A model generated the notes under the pieces. It saw only the letters and a program-made list of their open reading frames with translations, was not told the origin of the DNA and did no database searches. A program made the position numbers and the translations under genes. This document shows, one piece after another, positions 42,542 through 50,588 of a DNA stretch of 59,907 nucleotides (position 1 is the first letter of the stretch; each line of letters opens with the position of its first letter). This DNA is from an uncultured Gammaproteobacteria bacterium (lineage in GTDB: Bacteria > Pseudomonadota > Gammaproteobacteria > QNFN01), in the NCBI GenBank assembly GCA_964195335.1, contig CAXMPC010000068.1:1-59907 (forward strand), in the 5' to 3' direction.

Positions 42542-42783
42542 TGCAAGAGGGCCGTCCACGGCCCGATGGGTAGCGGTTACGGCACAGGCCGAATCGCGGC
42601 GTGTACCCGTAAAGGGCATAAAGACGCCGCTCCTACAAGGAGGGCGCCTGTAGGAGGGCCGCCCACAGCCCGATGGGCGGTGATTACGGCACAGGACGGA
42701 TCGCGGCGTGTACCCGTAGCTGCTCCTACGAGGATGGCGCCTGTAGGAGGGCCGCCCACGGCCCGATGGACGGTGGCTGCGCC
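42542..42783. repeat. Structured intergenic tandem repeat (two full copies of about 70 bp plus one partial copy), REP-like
   Basis: Copies at 42542-42611, 42649-42718 and 42742-42783, about 85 percent identical by eye. Each begins TG(C/T)A(A/G)GAGGGCCG(T/C)CCAC(G/A)GCCCGATGG and contains hairpins (GGGCCG/CGGCCC). Linkers form CTCCTAC...GTAGGAG inverted repeats. Confidence 0.85.
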
Positions 42784-42796
42784 TCTCCCCGTCTCG

Positions 42797-45493
42797 TCAG
42801 AGCTTCAACCGCACGACGGTGACATTCTCTTCGCTGTCGTGCTCGGCACTGAAGCCGAGCGCCCGTGCCAGACTGATCATCGGTCGGTTGTCCGGCAGGA
42901 TCTGGCCGATGATCTCGGGCGTACCCCGCGCCCTGCAGTAGTCGATCATCTTCTGCATCAGCTTGCGACCGAGTCCCTGGCCCTTGAGATCCGAGCGGGC
43001 AATGATCGCGTATTCGGCCACGGTGTTGTCCGGGTCGGTCAGGGTACGGACCACGCCGAGCGTTTCCTGTTCGCCGCGCTCGCCCTTGGCCGTGGCAATG
43101 AACGCCATCTCACGGTCGTAGTCGATCTGGGTCAGCCGCGCCATCTCCCGGTGGCTCATGCGGCTGCTGACGACGCCGAAGAACCGGTAATAGATGTCCT
43201 GTGGCGACAACTTGTCGAGGAAGGTGTAGTGCGCCGTTTCGTCCTCGGGGCGGATCGGTCGCAACAGCACGTCACGGCCGTCCTTGAGCTTGAAATGCTC
43301 CTCGAGATCCTCCGGATAAGGACGGATCGCCAGCCGCTCCGGGCCGCTGCACTCGGCCGGCGCCACGCTGATCCGGGCATCGAGCGCCAGCACCCCCTCG
43401 GGTCCGGCAAACAGCGGATTGATGTCGAGCTCGACGATTTCCGGCAGGTCGATCATCAACTGGGCGACCTTGATCAGCGTCAGGCAGATGGCGTCGAGGT
43501 CGGCCGCCGGCGTGTCGCGGTAGCCTTCGAGCAGCTTGTAGATCCGGGTGCGAGTGATCAGCTCACGCGCCAGGCTCATGTTCAGCGGCGGCAGGGCCAC
43601 GGCACGGTCGGCGATCACCTCCACCGCCGTCCCGCCCTGGCCGAACAGCAACACCGGGCCGAAGATCGGATCGGTGGTGGCGCCGATGATCAGCTCCTGC
43701 GCCCCCTTCATGCGCGCCATCTTCTGCACCGTGAAGCCCGGCGTCGGCACGTCAGGAAAGGCCTCGGCGACACGACCGAGAATGCCCTTGGCGGCGCTGC
43801 TGACGGCATCGGCACTGTCGAGATCGAGCACCACGCCGCCGACATCGGACTTGTGGCTGATCTGGTCGGAGAGCACCTTCAGCGCCACCGGGAATCCCAT
43901 GCGCTGCGCCGTCGCCGCGGCACTGGCCGGATCGGCGACCACGTGAGTTTCGACCACCGGGATGGTGTACGAAGAGAACACCGCTTTCGCCTCGGCCTCG
44001 CCGAGCATGCTCCGCCCGGCCGCCAGCGCACTTTCGATCACCAACCGCGCCGTCGCCGTGGCCGGCTTGAACTCCTCGGGCGCCGTCGGCGGCGTCTGGG
44101 TCAGCAGTTCCTGGTTGCGACGGTAGTTGACGATATGCATGAACGCCCCCACCGCACCTTCCGGGGTGCGGTAGGTGGGGATGTCGGCCGCAGAGAAGAG
44201 ATCACGCGCCTCGACGACGGCGTTCTCACCCATCCAGTTGGTCAGCACGTACTTGCCGTGCTTGCCCTTCATCTTTTCCAGGGTGTCGAGCACCGCCTGC
44301 GCCCCCACGGTGCTCGAGGCGATCGCCGTCGGCGCATGCATCACCAGTACCGAGTCGACCTCCTTGGCCAACAAAAGGATCTCCAGCGCGGCGGCGTAGC
44401 GGCTGCCTGGGGCGTCACCGATGATGTCGATCGGGTTGCTACGTGACCAGTTAGACGGCAGCACGGCGTCAAGCTTGGCAATAGTGGCCTCATCGAGTTC
44501 GGCCAGCGTACCGCCAATATCGATCAGCCGGTCGACCGCCATGACGCCTGGACCACCGCCGTTGGTCATGATCGCCAACCGCTCACCCTGCTGGCGTCTC
44601 AGCGAGGGCCGCGCCAGGGTCTCGACCGCGGCGAACAGTTCATGGAAGGTGTACACGCGCAGCATGCCGGCACGACTGATCGCCGCATCGTAGACATTGT
44701 CGGCCCCGGCCAGGGCCCCGGTGTGTGACGCCGCCGCCTTCGCCCCCTCGGCGACGCGGCCGGCCTTGATCACCACCACCGGCTTGATCCGGGCCGCGGC
44801 CCGGGCCGCCGACATGAAGGTACGGCGCTCGTGGATCGACTCGATGTAGAGCAGGATTGCATGCGTTCCGGGATCGCCGGCAAGGTAGTCGAGGGCGTCG
44901 CCGAAATCGACGTCGAGGGCGTCACCGAGCGAAACGAAGTGCGAGAAGCCGATGTTCTTCGACGCGGCCCAGTCGAGCACCGAGGTCGCCAGCGCCCCGG
45001 ACTGTGAGATGAAGCCGATCTGGCCAGGCGCGGCCCGTACGTGCGAAAAACTGGCGTTGAGGCCGGAACCCGGCACCAGCAGGCCGAGGCAGTTGGGCCC
45101 GATCAGGCGCATGCCGTGCTCGCGGGCGCGCTCACGCAGCCGTTGTTGCAGCGACACGCCCTCCTCGTCCTCGTGGGCACCGAGGCCGGCGGTGATGACG
45201 ATGGCGGCGCGCGTGCCGCGTTGACCGAGCTCGTCGATGAGACCCGGAACCGTCGGTGCCGGGGTGCAGATCACCGCCAGGTCCGGGGTCAGCGGCAGGC
45301 TGGCGACGTCAGGATAGGCGAGGACCCCGGCGATGGAGTCGTGTTTCGGATTGACCGGCATGATCGGGCCGGAGAAGCCGGCCTCGAGCAGGTTGCGCAT
45401 CAGCACCGTACCGACCCGCTGCGGGCGGTTCGAGGCGCCGATGACGGCAATCGACTTGGGGCGGAAGAGGTATTCGAGGTTCCTGACGCTCAT
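42797..45493 (-). CDS. Pat-like protein acetyltransferase (ADP-forming acyl-CoA synthetase-like domains plus C-terminal GNAT)
   Basis: ATG 45493 (MSVRNLEYLFRPKSIAVIGAS). CoA-binding and ATP-grasp domains. C-terminal GNAT motif QGLGRKLM. Confidence 0.9.
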   Translation of the reverse strand: MSVRNLEYLFRPKSIAVIGASNRPQRVGTVLMRNLLEAGFSGPIMPVNPKHDSIAGVLAYPDVASLPLTPDLAVICTPAPTVPGLIDELGQRGTRAAIVITAGLGAHEDEEGVSLQQRLRERAREHGMRLIGPNCLGLLVPGSGLNASFSHVRAAPGQIGFISQSGALATSVLDWAASKNIGFSHFVSLGDALDVDFGDALDYLAGDPGTHAILLYIESIHERRTFMSAARAAARIKPVVVIKAGRVAEGAKAAASHTGALAGADNVYDAAISRAGMLRVYTFHELFAAVETLARPSLRRQQGERLAIMTNGGGPGVMAVDRLIDIGGTLAELDEATIAKLDAVLPSNWSRSNPIDIIGDAPGSRYAAALEILLLAKEVDSVLVMHAPTAIASSTVGAQAVLDTLEKMKGKHGKYVLTNWMGENAVVEARDLFSAADIPTYRTPEGAVGAFMHIVNYRRNQELLTQTPPTAPEEFKPATATARLVIESALAAGRSMLGEAEAKAVFSSYTIPVVETHVVADPASAAATAQRMGFPVALKVLSDQISHKSDVGGVVLDLDSADAVSSAAKGILGRVAEAFPDVPTPGFTVQKMARMKGAQELIIGATTDPIFGPVLLFGQGGTAVEVIADRAVALPPLNMSLARELITRTRIYKLLEGYRDTPAADLDAICLTLIKVAQLMIDLPEIVELDINPLFAGPEGVLALDARISVAPAECSGPERLAIRPYPEDLEEHFKLKDGRDVLLRPIRPEDETAHYTFLDKLSPQDIYYRFFGVVSSRMSHREMARLTQIDYDREMAFIATAKGERGEQETLGVVRTLTDPDNTVAEYAIIARSDLKGQGLGRKLMQKMIDYCRARGTPEIIGQILPDNRPMISLARALGFSAEHDSEENVTVVRLKL

Positions 45494-45574
45494 GACTTGC
45501 TTGTCCCAATGAATTTGACGCCCAAAGACATTAGGGGGCGTCGTGTTTTTGCACTGCAACATTATAGCCGAGGG

Positions 45575-46525
45575 ATGGTGAAAGTTGGGCTACAGTTAAG
45601 GTGCATGGATGCTGATGGAAGGATCGCAGGACGTTCGCCGGTGGCCGGCAGGGGTCCGTTCGACCTCGCCGACGAGGACGCCTACCGCCGTTGGCGTGAA
45701 CTGAAGCTGGCCACGGCCCCGCAGCGACTCGACGAACTGACGGTCGAGATCCGCGATCTCGAACACCCTACAGTCGCCGAACGTGGCGCCCTGCTGGAAC
45801 GGATCAGGCGGGCCAACATGGCCCTCTACCACTGCGGCCTGACCGAGAACCGTGGCTCTGTGCTGCGTTTCGCCGAGCATTTCGGCCTGCTCCACCTCGA
45901 CCGCAACCCGGCCACCGAAGACGACGGCCTGAGCGCCATCCAGGTCCAGGCCGAGCGCCAATCTAGCGAGTTCATTCCCTACACCGACCGGGCGATCCGC
46001 TGGCACACCGACGGCTACTACAACCCGCCCGAGCGACAGATCCGCGCCTTCATCCTGCACTGCGTGCGGCCGGCGTCCGAGGGTGGTGTCAACCGCCTAC
46101 TCGACCCCGAGTTGCTCTACCTGCGCCTGCGTGATGAGGATCCAGACCTGGTCGCCGCGCTGATGCACCCGGCGGCGATGATGATCCCGGCCCATATCGA
46201 GGAGGGCGTCGAGCTACGACCGGAACAGAGCGGCCCGGTTTTTTCAGTTTTGACCGGGGGCCCGCGCCCGGCGCTGCACCTGCGCTACACCGCTCGCACC
46301 CGCAGCATCCGCTGGCGCGACGGCCAGGCCACACGTACAGCGGTCGCGCGCCTGGAGGCGTTGCTGGCCGATCCGCTATCCGGTGCCTTCGAACACCGCC
46401 TGGGCCCCGGCGAGGGCATTCTCTGCAACAACGTCTTGCACAGTCGCAGTGCCTTCCATAACGGTACATCGGATGGACGGCTGCTCTACCGCGCCCGTTT
46501 CCACGACCGCATAACAGGCACCTGA
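45575..46525 (+). CDS. TauD/TfdA family Fe(II)/2-oxoglutarate dioxygenase
   Basis: In-frame part of ORF 45041-46525 beyond the pat start. HxD facial triad in RWHTDGYY and a distal His in NVLHSRSAF. Start uncertain (ATG 45575 or 45605). Confidence 0.7.
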   Translation: MVKVGLQLRCMDADGRIAGRSPVAGRGPFDLADEDAYRRWRELKLATAPQRLDELTVEIRDLEHPTVAERGALLERIRRANMALYHCGLTENRGSVLRFAEHFGLLHLDRNPATEDDGLSAIQVQAERQSSEFIPYTDRAIRWHTDGYYNPPERQIRAFILHCVRPASEGGVNRLLDPELLYLRLRDEDPDLVAALMHPAAMMIPAHIEEGVELRPEQSGPVFSVLTGGPRPALHLRYTARTRSIRWRDGQATRTAVARLEALLADPLSGAFEHRLGPGEGILCNNVLHSRSAFHNGTSDGRLLYRARFHDRITGT

Positions 46526-46529
46526 AACG

Positions 46530-46560
46530 ACGAAGGCCGGGACTGGGTCCCGGCCTTCGT
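46530..46560. terminator. Bidirectional intrinsic terminator hairpin
   Basis: Perfect 14-bp stem ACGAAGGCCGGGAC / GTCCCGGCCTTCGT with a 3-nt loop. Lies 4 nt after the TauD-family stop and 23 nt after the dsrA-like stop, with short T runs on both sides. Confidence 0.75.
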
Positions 46561-46583
46561 TAGGCGTTCGTTTGATCAGGCGC

Positions 46584-47819
46584 TCAGCCAGCCTTTTTGC
46601 GCGCGAACCACTTCTCCGCCTCCTCGTCCCAGCCGTCGGTACGAACGTAGGGATTGGTGCGCGGGTGGTTGATCATGTTCGGGTCGATCTCGACGCCGAC
46701 CCCTTCGAGGAAGTTGGCCAGGCCGATGCGCTCGATCATTTCGCCGGTACGCTCGTGCTCGAGGGCGTTTTCGGCAAAAAAGTCGATGACGCGCCCACCG
46801 AGGTCGTTCAGCGCCTCGTAGTCCTCTTCGGTGTCGAGCGGCATGAACGGCACGATGACCGTACCCAGCAGGTCGCCGATCTTCAGCGTGCGCTTGCCGC
46901 CGATGAGCACCGTCGCACCCTTTTCGTCACCCGGAGCGAGCGCCTTGGTCATGACGTTGAGGCAGTGCATGCAGCGCACGCAGCTCGGATTGTCGACCTC
47001 GAGCGTGTCGTCGTCGTTGAGGCTCAGGGCGTTGGTTGGGCAGCGGCTGATGACGTTGTCGATGACGTGCTTGCGCCCCTTGCGTTCGACGAACGCCTTG
47101 ACCTCGGCCTGATCGACCTTCATGTCATCCTTCCAGGTGCCGATGACGGCGAAGTCGGCGCGCTGCACCGAGTTGACGCAGTCGTTGGCGCAGCCGGAAA
47201 ACTTGAACTTGAACTTGTACGGCAGCGACGGGCGGTGCATGTCGTCGAGGTAGGTATTGATGATCTGCCGATGCGCCTTGGGCTCGTCGTAGCAGCTCAT
47301 CTCGCAGCGGGCGTGGCCGACGCAGGAGGCCGCAGTGCGCAGCGCGGGGCCGGCACCGCCGAGGTCGAAACCGAGTTCGTTAATCTCGTCGAACGCCTTC
47401 TGCACATTCTCGGTAGTGCAGCCCTGAAACATGATGTCGCCGGACTGGCCGTGGAAGGCGATCAGGCCCGAGCCGTGCTTCTCCCAGATGTCGCACATCT
47501 TGCGCAGCGTCCCGGAATCGTAGTGGAACCCGGGCGGGGGCATGACGCGAAGGGTGTGAAACTCCGACGACTCGGGAAACTTGTCGGCCACCTCGGAGAA
47601 GCGCGGGATGATTCCACCGCCGTAACCGAAGACGCCGACGGTACCGCCCTTCCAGTAGCCCAGGCGCGTCTCGTAGGAGTGCTCGAGTTGCCCGAGGAGG
47701 TCGACCATCATCGGATTGTCGTCTTCTGCCAGCCGCTTGAGGCCGGTCACGAAGCTCGGCCAGGGGCCGGTCTCCAGCTCGTCGAGCATCGGGGTCGGGT
47801 GCATCTCTTTGGTCGCCAT
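46584..47819 (-). CDS. dsrA: Dissimilatory-type sulfite reductase alpha subunit (reverse DsrA-like), stand-alone
   Basis: ATG 47819 with GAGG 8 nt upstream (MATKEMHPTPMLDELETGPWPSF). Contains GQLEHSYETRLGYWKGGTVGVFGYGGG and PSLPYKFKFKFSGC. Siroheme-[4Fe-4S] ligands CVGHARC plus CANDC. Ferredoxin insert CP...CVRCMHC. Confidence 0.85.
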   Translation of the reverse strand: MATKEMHPTPMLDELETGPWPSFVTGLKRLAEDDNPMMVDLLGQLEHSYETRLGYWKGGTVGVFGYGGGIIPRFSEVADKFPESSEFHTLRVMPPPGFHYDSGTLRKMCDIWEKHGSGLIAFHGQSGDIMFQGCTTENVQKAFDEINELGFDLGGAGPALRTAASCVGHARCEMSCYDEPKAHRQIINTYLDDMHRPSLPYKFKFKFSGCANDCVNSVQRADFAVIGTWKDDMKVDQAEVKAFVERKGRKHVIDNVISRCPTNALSLNDDDTLEVDNPSCVRCMHCLNVMTKALAPGDEKGATVLIGGKRTLKIGDLLGTVIVPFMPLDTEEDYEALNDLGGRVIDFFAENALEHERTGEMIERIGLANFLEGVGVEIDPNMINHPRTNPYVRTDGWDEEAEKWFARKKAG

Positions 47820-47839
47820 CGGCATAACCTCGGTCGCGT

Positions 47840-47868
47840 CGTATAAAGGGCATTCTGACAATCGTCAA
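47840..47868 (-). promoter_or_regulatory. Candidate sigma70 promoter of the dsrA-like gene
   Basis: Minus strand TTGACG (47868-47863), a 17-nt spacer, then TATACG (47845-40). The implied 5' UTR is very short, so this is weak. Confidence 0.3.
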
Positions 47869-47928
47869 GATAGATGGGACAGGACGCCCGGTAAAGTCCG
47901 ACCAAATAGGTACGGTATTATTCAATGG

Positions 47929-48360
47929 CTACCCCCAATTGGGTAGACGGGTCGCGGACGAGCGCCGCCAGAGGCGCGGCGAAGTCGTCACCCCCTCCCC
48001 TCCGAGCAGGATCGCGATGGCCTCGCGCCGGGGTCGCAACACCTGTTCCAGCTTGTCACGCAACAACGAACCGCTGGCCGTACTGCGCGCGAACACCGGG
48101 TAGCAGAGCGCCTCCTGGCAACCGGCCAGCATCTGCAGGGCATCCACCTCGTCCACCAGCTCCGGGACCGCCGCAAGCAGCATCGCGGCCACCGGGTCGG
48201 AACCGGCCCCAGGATCACGCTCGGTGACGCCGCCCTAATCACCGGCGTGTGCTGGCCGGCACTCGCGCTGGTGAACTCGCGACCGAGGATCTGGATGGCC
48301 TGGGCCGGCCGCATAGGGTTGCTGCCGTCGAACCATGCCCCGGGTTAACAAGATCCGTGC
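47929..48360 (-). pseudogene. Decayed, frameshifted coding remnant of unknown family
   Basis: Two consecutive segments with coding-like GC3 bias in different frames: PGAWFDGSNPMRPAQAIQILGREFTSASAGQHTPVI..., then after about 48195 AAMLLAAVPELVDEVDALQMLAGCQEALCYPVFARS.... No intact ORF spans them, and there is a stop directly upstream. Confidence 0.35.
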
Positions 48361-48362
48361 CC

Positions 48363-48836
48363 TCAGGTGACCTCGAAGACGTCGAGAATGACCCCTTCGG
48401 CGTGCCGCCCGGCACGGGCGACGGCGACCACGCCGTTGAGCCAGCGGTAGTTCGAATGGCCGCAGGAGAAGCGTGGCGTGGTACGGAAGTAGTAGTTCGC
48501 CGGGTCGACCCAGGCGCCTTCGGCGAGCCGCGCCATCACCTCGGGCGGGCCGTGACGCAGCCCCCAGTTGGTCACCTCGATCAGCGCACCGTCGTCGGTC
48601 TGCAGCGTGTAACGTGCCTCGACCTCGGTGACATCATCACGGCGCAGCATCTGCCAGTCGGCGCCGCCGGGGAGCACCCGGCCGGCGAGCCGTGGGCCAC
48701 GAAAGCTGCCACCGGTGATCGGTATCACTCGTCGTGTACCGGCCGCGAGTTCGCCAACCACCAGCGGCGCGTCGATGGTCACCTCGGCATGGTAGAGCAG
48801 GCGCAAGCCGGGAATGTTGGAACCTGTTTCAGCCAC
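48363..48836 (-). CDS. DUF3237 (UPF0311) family protein
   Basis: 157 aa with a GTG start that overlaps the upstream gene by 8 nt. The pattern G.RRVIPITGGSF.GP.L.G.VLPGGADWQ is typical of DUF3237. Confidence 0.75.
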   Translation of the reverse strand: MAETGSNIPGLRLLYHAEVTIDAPLVVGELAAGTRRVIPITGGSFRGPRLAGRVLPGGADWQMLRRDDVTEVEARYTLQTDDGALIEVTNWGLRHGPPEVMARLAEGAWVDPANYYFRTTPRFSCGHSNYRWLNGVVAVARAGRHAEGVILDVFEVT

Positions 48837-49296
48837 CGGGCTTACCCACCATCAGTATCAATGCCGCCAGCGCGGTGAGGTTCGCCACTCCTGAGGCCAG
48901 CAGCCAGATACGACTCATCCGGCGATAGGTCTCCGGGAGCGGTCCGTCACCCGCGCCACGGGCCAGCACGCGCAACTGCCGCTGCAGTGGCACCAGGACC
49001 ACCGCCCAGGCCAGGGCAGCGACCAGGAACAGGATGATGCCGCCGGAAAGCCAGCCTTTTTCTGCCAGTTGACCCGTACTCAGCGCGAGCATCCCGCCCC
49101 CGCCGACCAGAAGCAAGAGCGCCCCGCTGGCGGTGAAGCGCAGGTCGCCCGCGACCAGGCCATCGAGAGTAAATGCAGCCAGCCGCGCCTCGCCGTTACG
49201 ATCGGCGCGCCTCTTCCACCAGCCTGCAAGCAGCAGGCTGCCGATGAACAGCACCGCACCGGCGACGTGCAGGACCAAGAACAGAGAGTAGCTCAC
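48829..49296 (-). CDS. DUF2269-like integral membrane protein
   Basis: GTG 49296 lies 13 nt after the Rieske gene stop. About 155 aa with four hydrophobic helices (VSYSLFLVLHVAGAVLFIGSLLLAGWW...). Confidence 0.5.
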   Translation of the reverse strand: MSYSLFLVLHVAGAVLFIGSLLLAGWWKRRADRNGEARLAAFTLDGLVAGDLRFTASGALLLLVGGGGMLALSTGQLAEKGWLSGGIILFLVAALAWAVVLVPLQRQLRVLARGAGDGPLPETYRRMSRIWLLASGVANLTALAALILMVGKPGG

Positions 49297-49309
49297 CCGG
49301 ATGGCCGCC

Positions 49310-49936
49310 TCACCAGTGGGCCAGGAGCAGGCCGTCCTCGACCTTGTGCTCGAAGCGGCGCAGCGGGCGCGACCCCTTGGCGATACAGTCACCGCTGTCT
49401 AGATCGAAGACCCACTCGTGCTTGGGACAGGTCAGGCGCAGGCCGTCGACGGCCAGGTGCGGGATGTCGGTCACCTGGTGTGGGCAGCGGCCGTCGTAGA
49501 CACGCAGTTCCTCACCAGTTCGGTAGACGAACACGCCGCGACCGTCGGCCTCCAGGCGCACCGGTTCACCGTCCGGGATCTCGGCCACCGGGGCCAGGTC
49601 GTGCCAGCCCGGTTCGGCGTCGAGGTTCTCCGGGCGAAACTCGGGGATGTCCATCTCCAGCAGGATGTCGGTGGCCCAGACGATCTTGGCCAGACCGAGG
49701 ACCGGAAAGGCCATCAGCAACGCATCGATGATCTCGTTCGGGGTGGCGCCGTTGCGCAGCGCGCGGGTCAGGTACTGGCGGAAACCGCCCTCGGTCTGGA
49801 CCGCGACCTTGGTGATTACCGAGATTAGGTCACGGCTGCGGGTGTCGAGGTGATCACCGGCCTTCTTCAGGAAGGTGAAATAGCTCGTCATCGCCTCCGG
49901 TCGGGTCTTGATCAGGTAGTTCAGTGCGTCGCTCAT
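49310..49936 (-). CDS. Carboxymuconolactone decarboxylase (AhpD-like) domain fused to a Rieske [2Fe-2S] domain
   Basis: ATG 49936 with GGAGG upstream. N-terminal CMD-like helical domain with no Cys. C-terminal CPH-x16-CPKH Rieske motif. Confidence 0.75.
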   Translation of the reverse strand: MSDALNYLIKTRPEAMTSYFTFLKKAGDHLDTRSRDLISVITKVAVQTEGGFRQYLTRALRNGATPNEIIDALLMAFPVLGLAKIVWATDILLEMDIPEFRPENLDAEPGWHDLAPVAEIPDGEPVRLEADGRGVFVYRTGEELRVYDGRCPHQVTDIPHLAVDGLRLTCPKHEWVFDLDSGDCIAKGSRPLRRFEHKVEDGLLLAHW

Positions 49937-50008
49937 CGTGGCCTCCAAGCCGGTGCAATCGATGGCTTATGAGCATAGCCGAGGCTGCGGGACCGTCCAT
50001 GACCGCCG

Positions 50009-50569
50009 TCAGTCACACCCCTTGGCCCACCGGGTCAACGTCTGCTCGATGACCACCTGGTGGCGCAGGGGTGTGAGCAGCCAGAGGCGTCGCAGGCTGG
50101 GAGGAGGCGTCGTCAGTAGGGTCTCGTGCAAGATCCCGAGTGCCCGTTGCGGGTCGAGATCGCCGTGAACCGTGCCGAGCAACGGCAACGCCAGCCGCGC
50201 GACGGCATGGTGGCGGCAGCGTGCCGCAATCTCGGTCAGCGCCATCGCGACCACATCGGCGACTACCAGCGGTTCGGCCTCGAGATCGACCACCACGGCA
50301 TGCCAGCGTCGCCCGTGACTCGCGACGCTACCGAGTGTCGCCGGGGTGTCGAAGGCCAGTGCTGTATGCAGGCGCACCGGGTGCTCTGGCAGGGACGGAC
50401 GCCACTCTGGAGACGCGCCGAGGACCCGCCAGCGGTCCTCTTCGACGACGTGCCGATCGACAGGAAACGGGGCTTCTTCGGGAGGTGCCGCGACCAGTTC
50501 GAGATCACCGTGACACCACCTGGTGCGACGCCCCCCGGCGAGCAGCCGCAGCCTGGGCGCAGGATTCAC
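50009..50569 (-). CDS. Hypothetical protein (possible degenerate macro-like fold)
   Basis: In-frame part of ORF 50009-50695. Provisional GTG start at 50569, 19 nt after the lipoprotein stop. No confident family. The C-terminal LALPLLGTVHGDLDPQRALGILHETL is reminiscent of macro domains. Confidence 0.4.
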   Translation of the reverse strand: MNPAPRLRLLAGGRRTRWCHGDLELVAAPPEEAPFPVDRHVVEEDRWRVLGASPEWRPSLPEHPVRLHTALAFDTPATLGSVASHGRRWHAVVVDLEAEPLVVADVVAMALTEIAARCRHHAVARLALPLLGTVHGDLDPQRALGILHETLLTTPPPSLRRLWLLTPLRHQVVIEQTLTRWAKGCD

Positions 50570-50588
50570 GATCTGCTCACGTGACGCC

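Noticed and set aside
42542-42783. CRISPR array
   Set aside because: The repeat units are about 70 bp and internally palindromic, with only 2.5 copies. The linkers are unequal (37 and 23 bp) and themselves related. No cas genes are present. The array fits a REP/BIME-type element instead.
42566-44446. 626-aa plus-strand ORF beginning in the repeat array, with repeated GRPPTARW peptides
   Set aside because: The N-terminal peptide repeats are simply the translated DNA repeats. The rest is antisense to the Pat-like gene.
46572-47846. 424-aa plus-strand ORF that could have been a partner of dsrA
   Set aside because: It is exactly antisense to dsrA, has no Cys-cluster motifs, and has no DsrB-like sequence. 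It is a shadow ORF.
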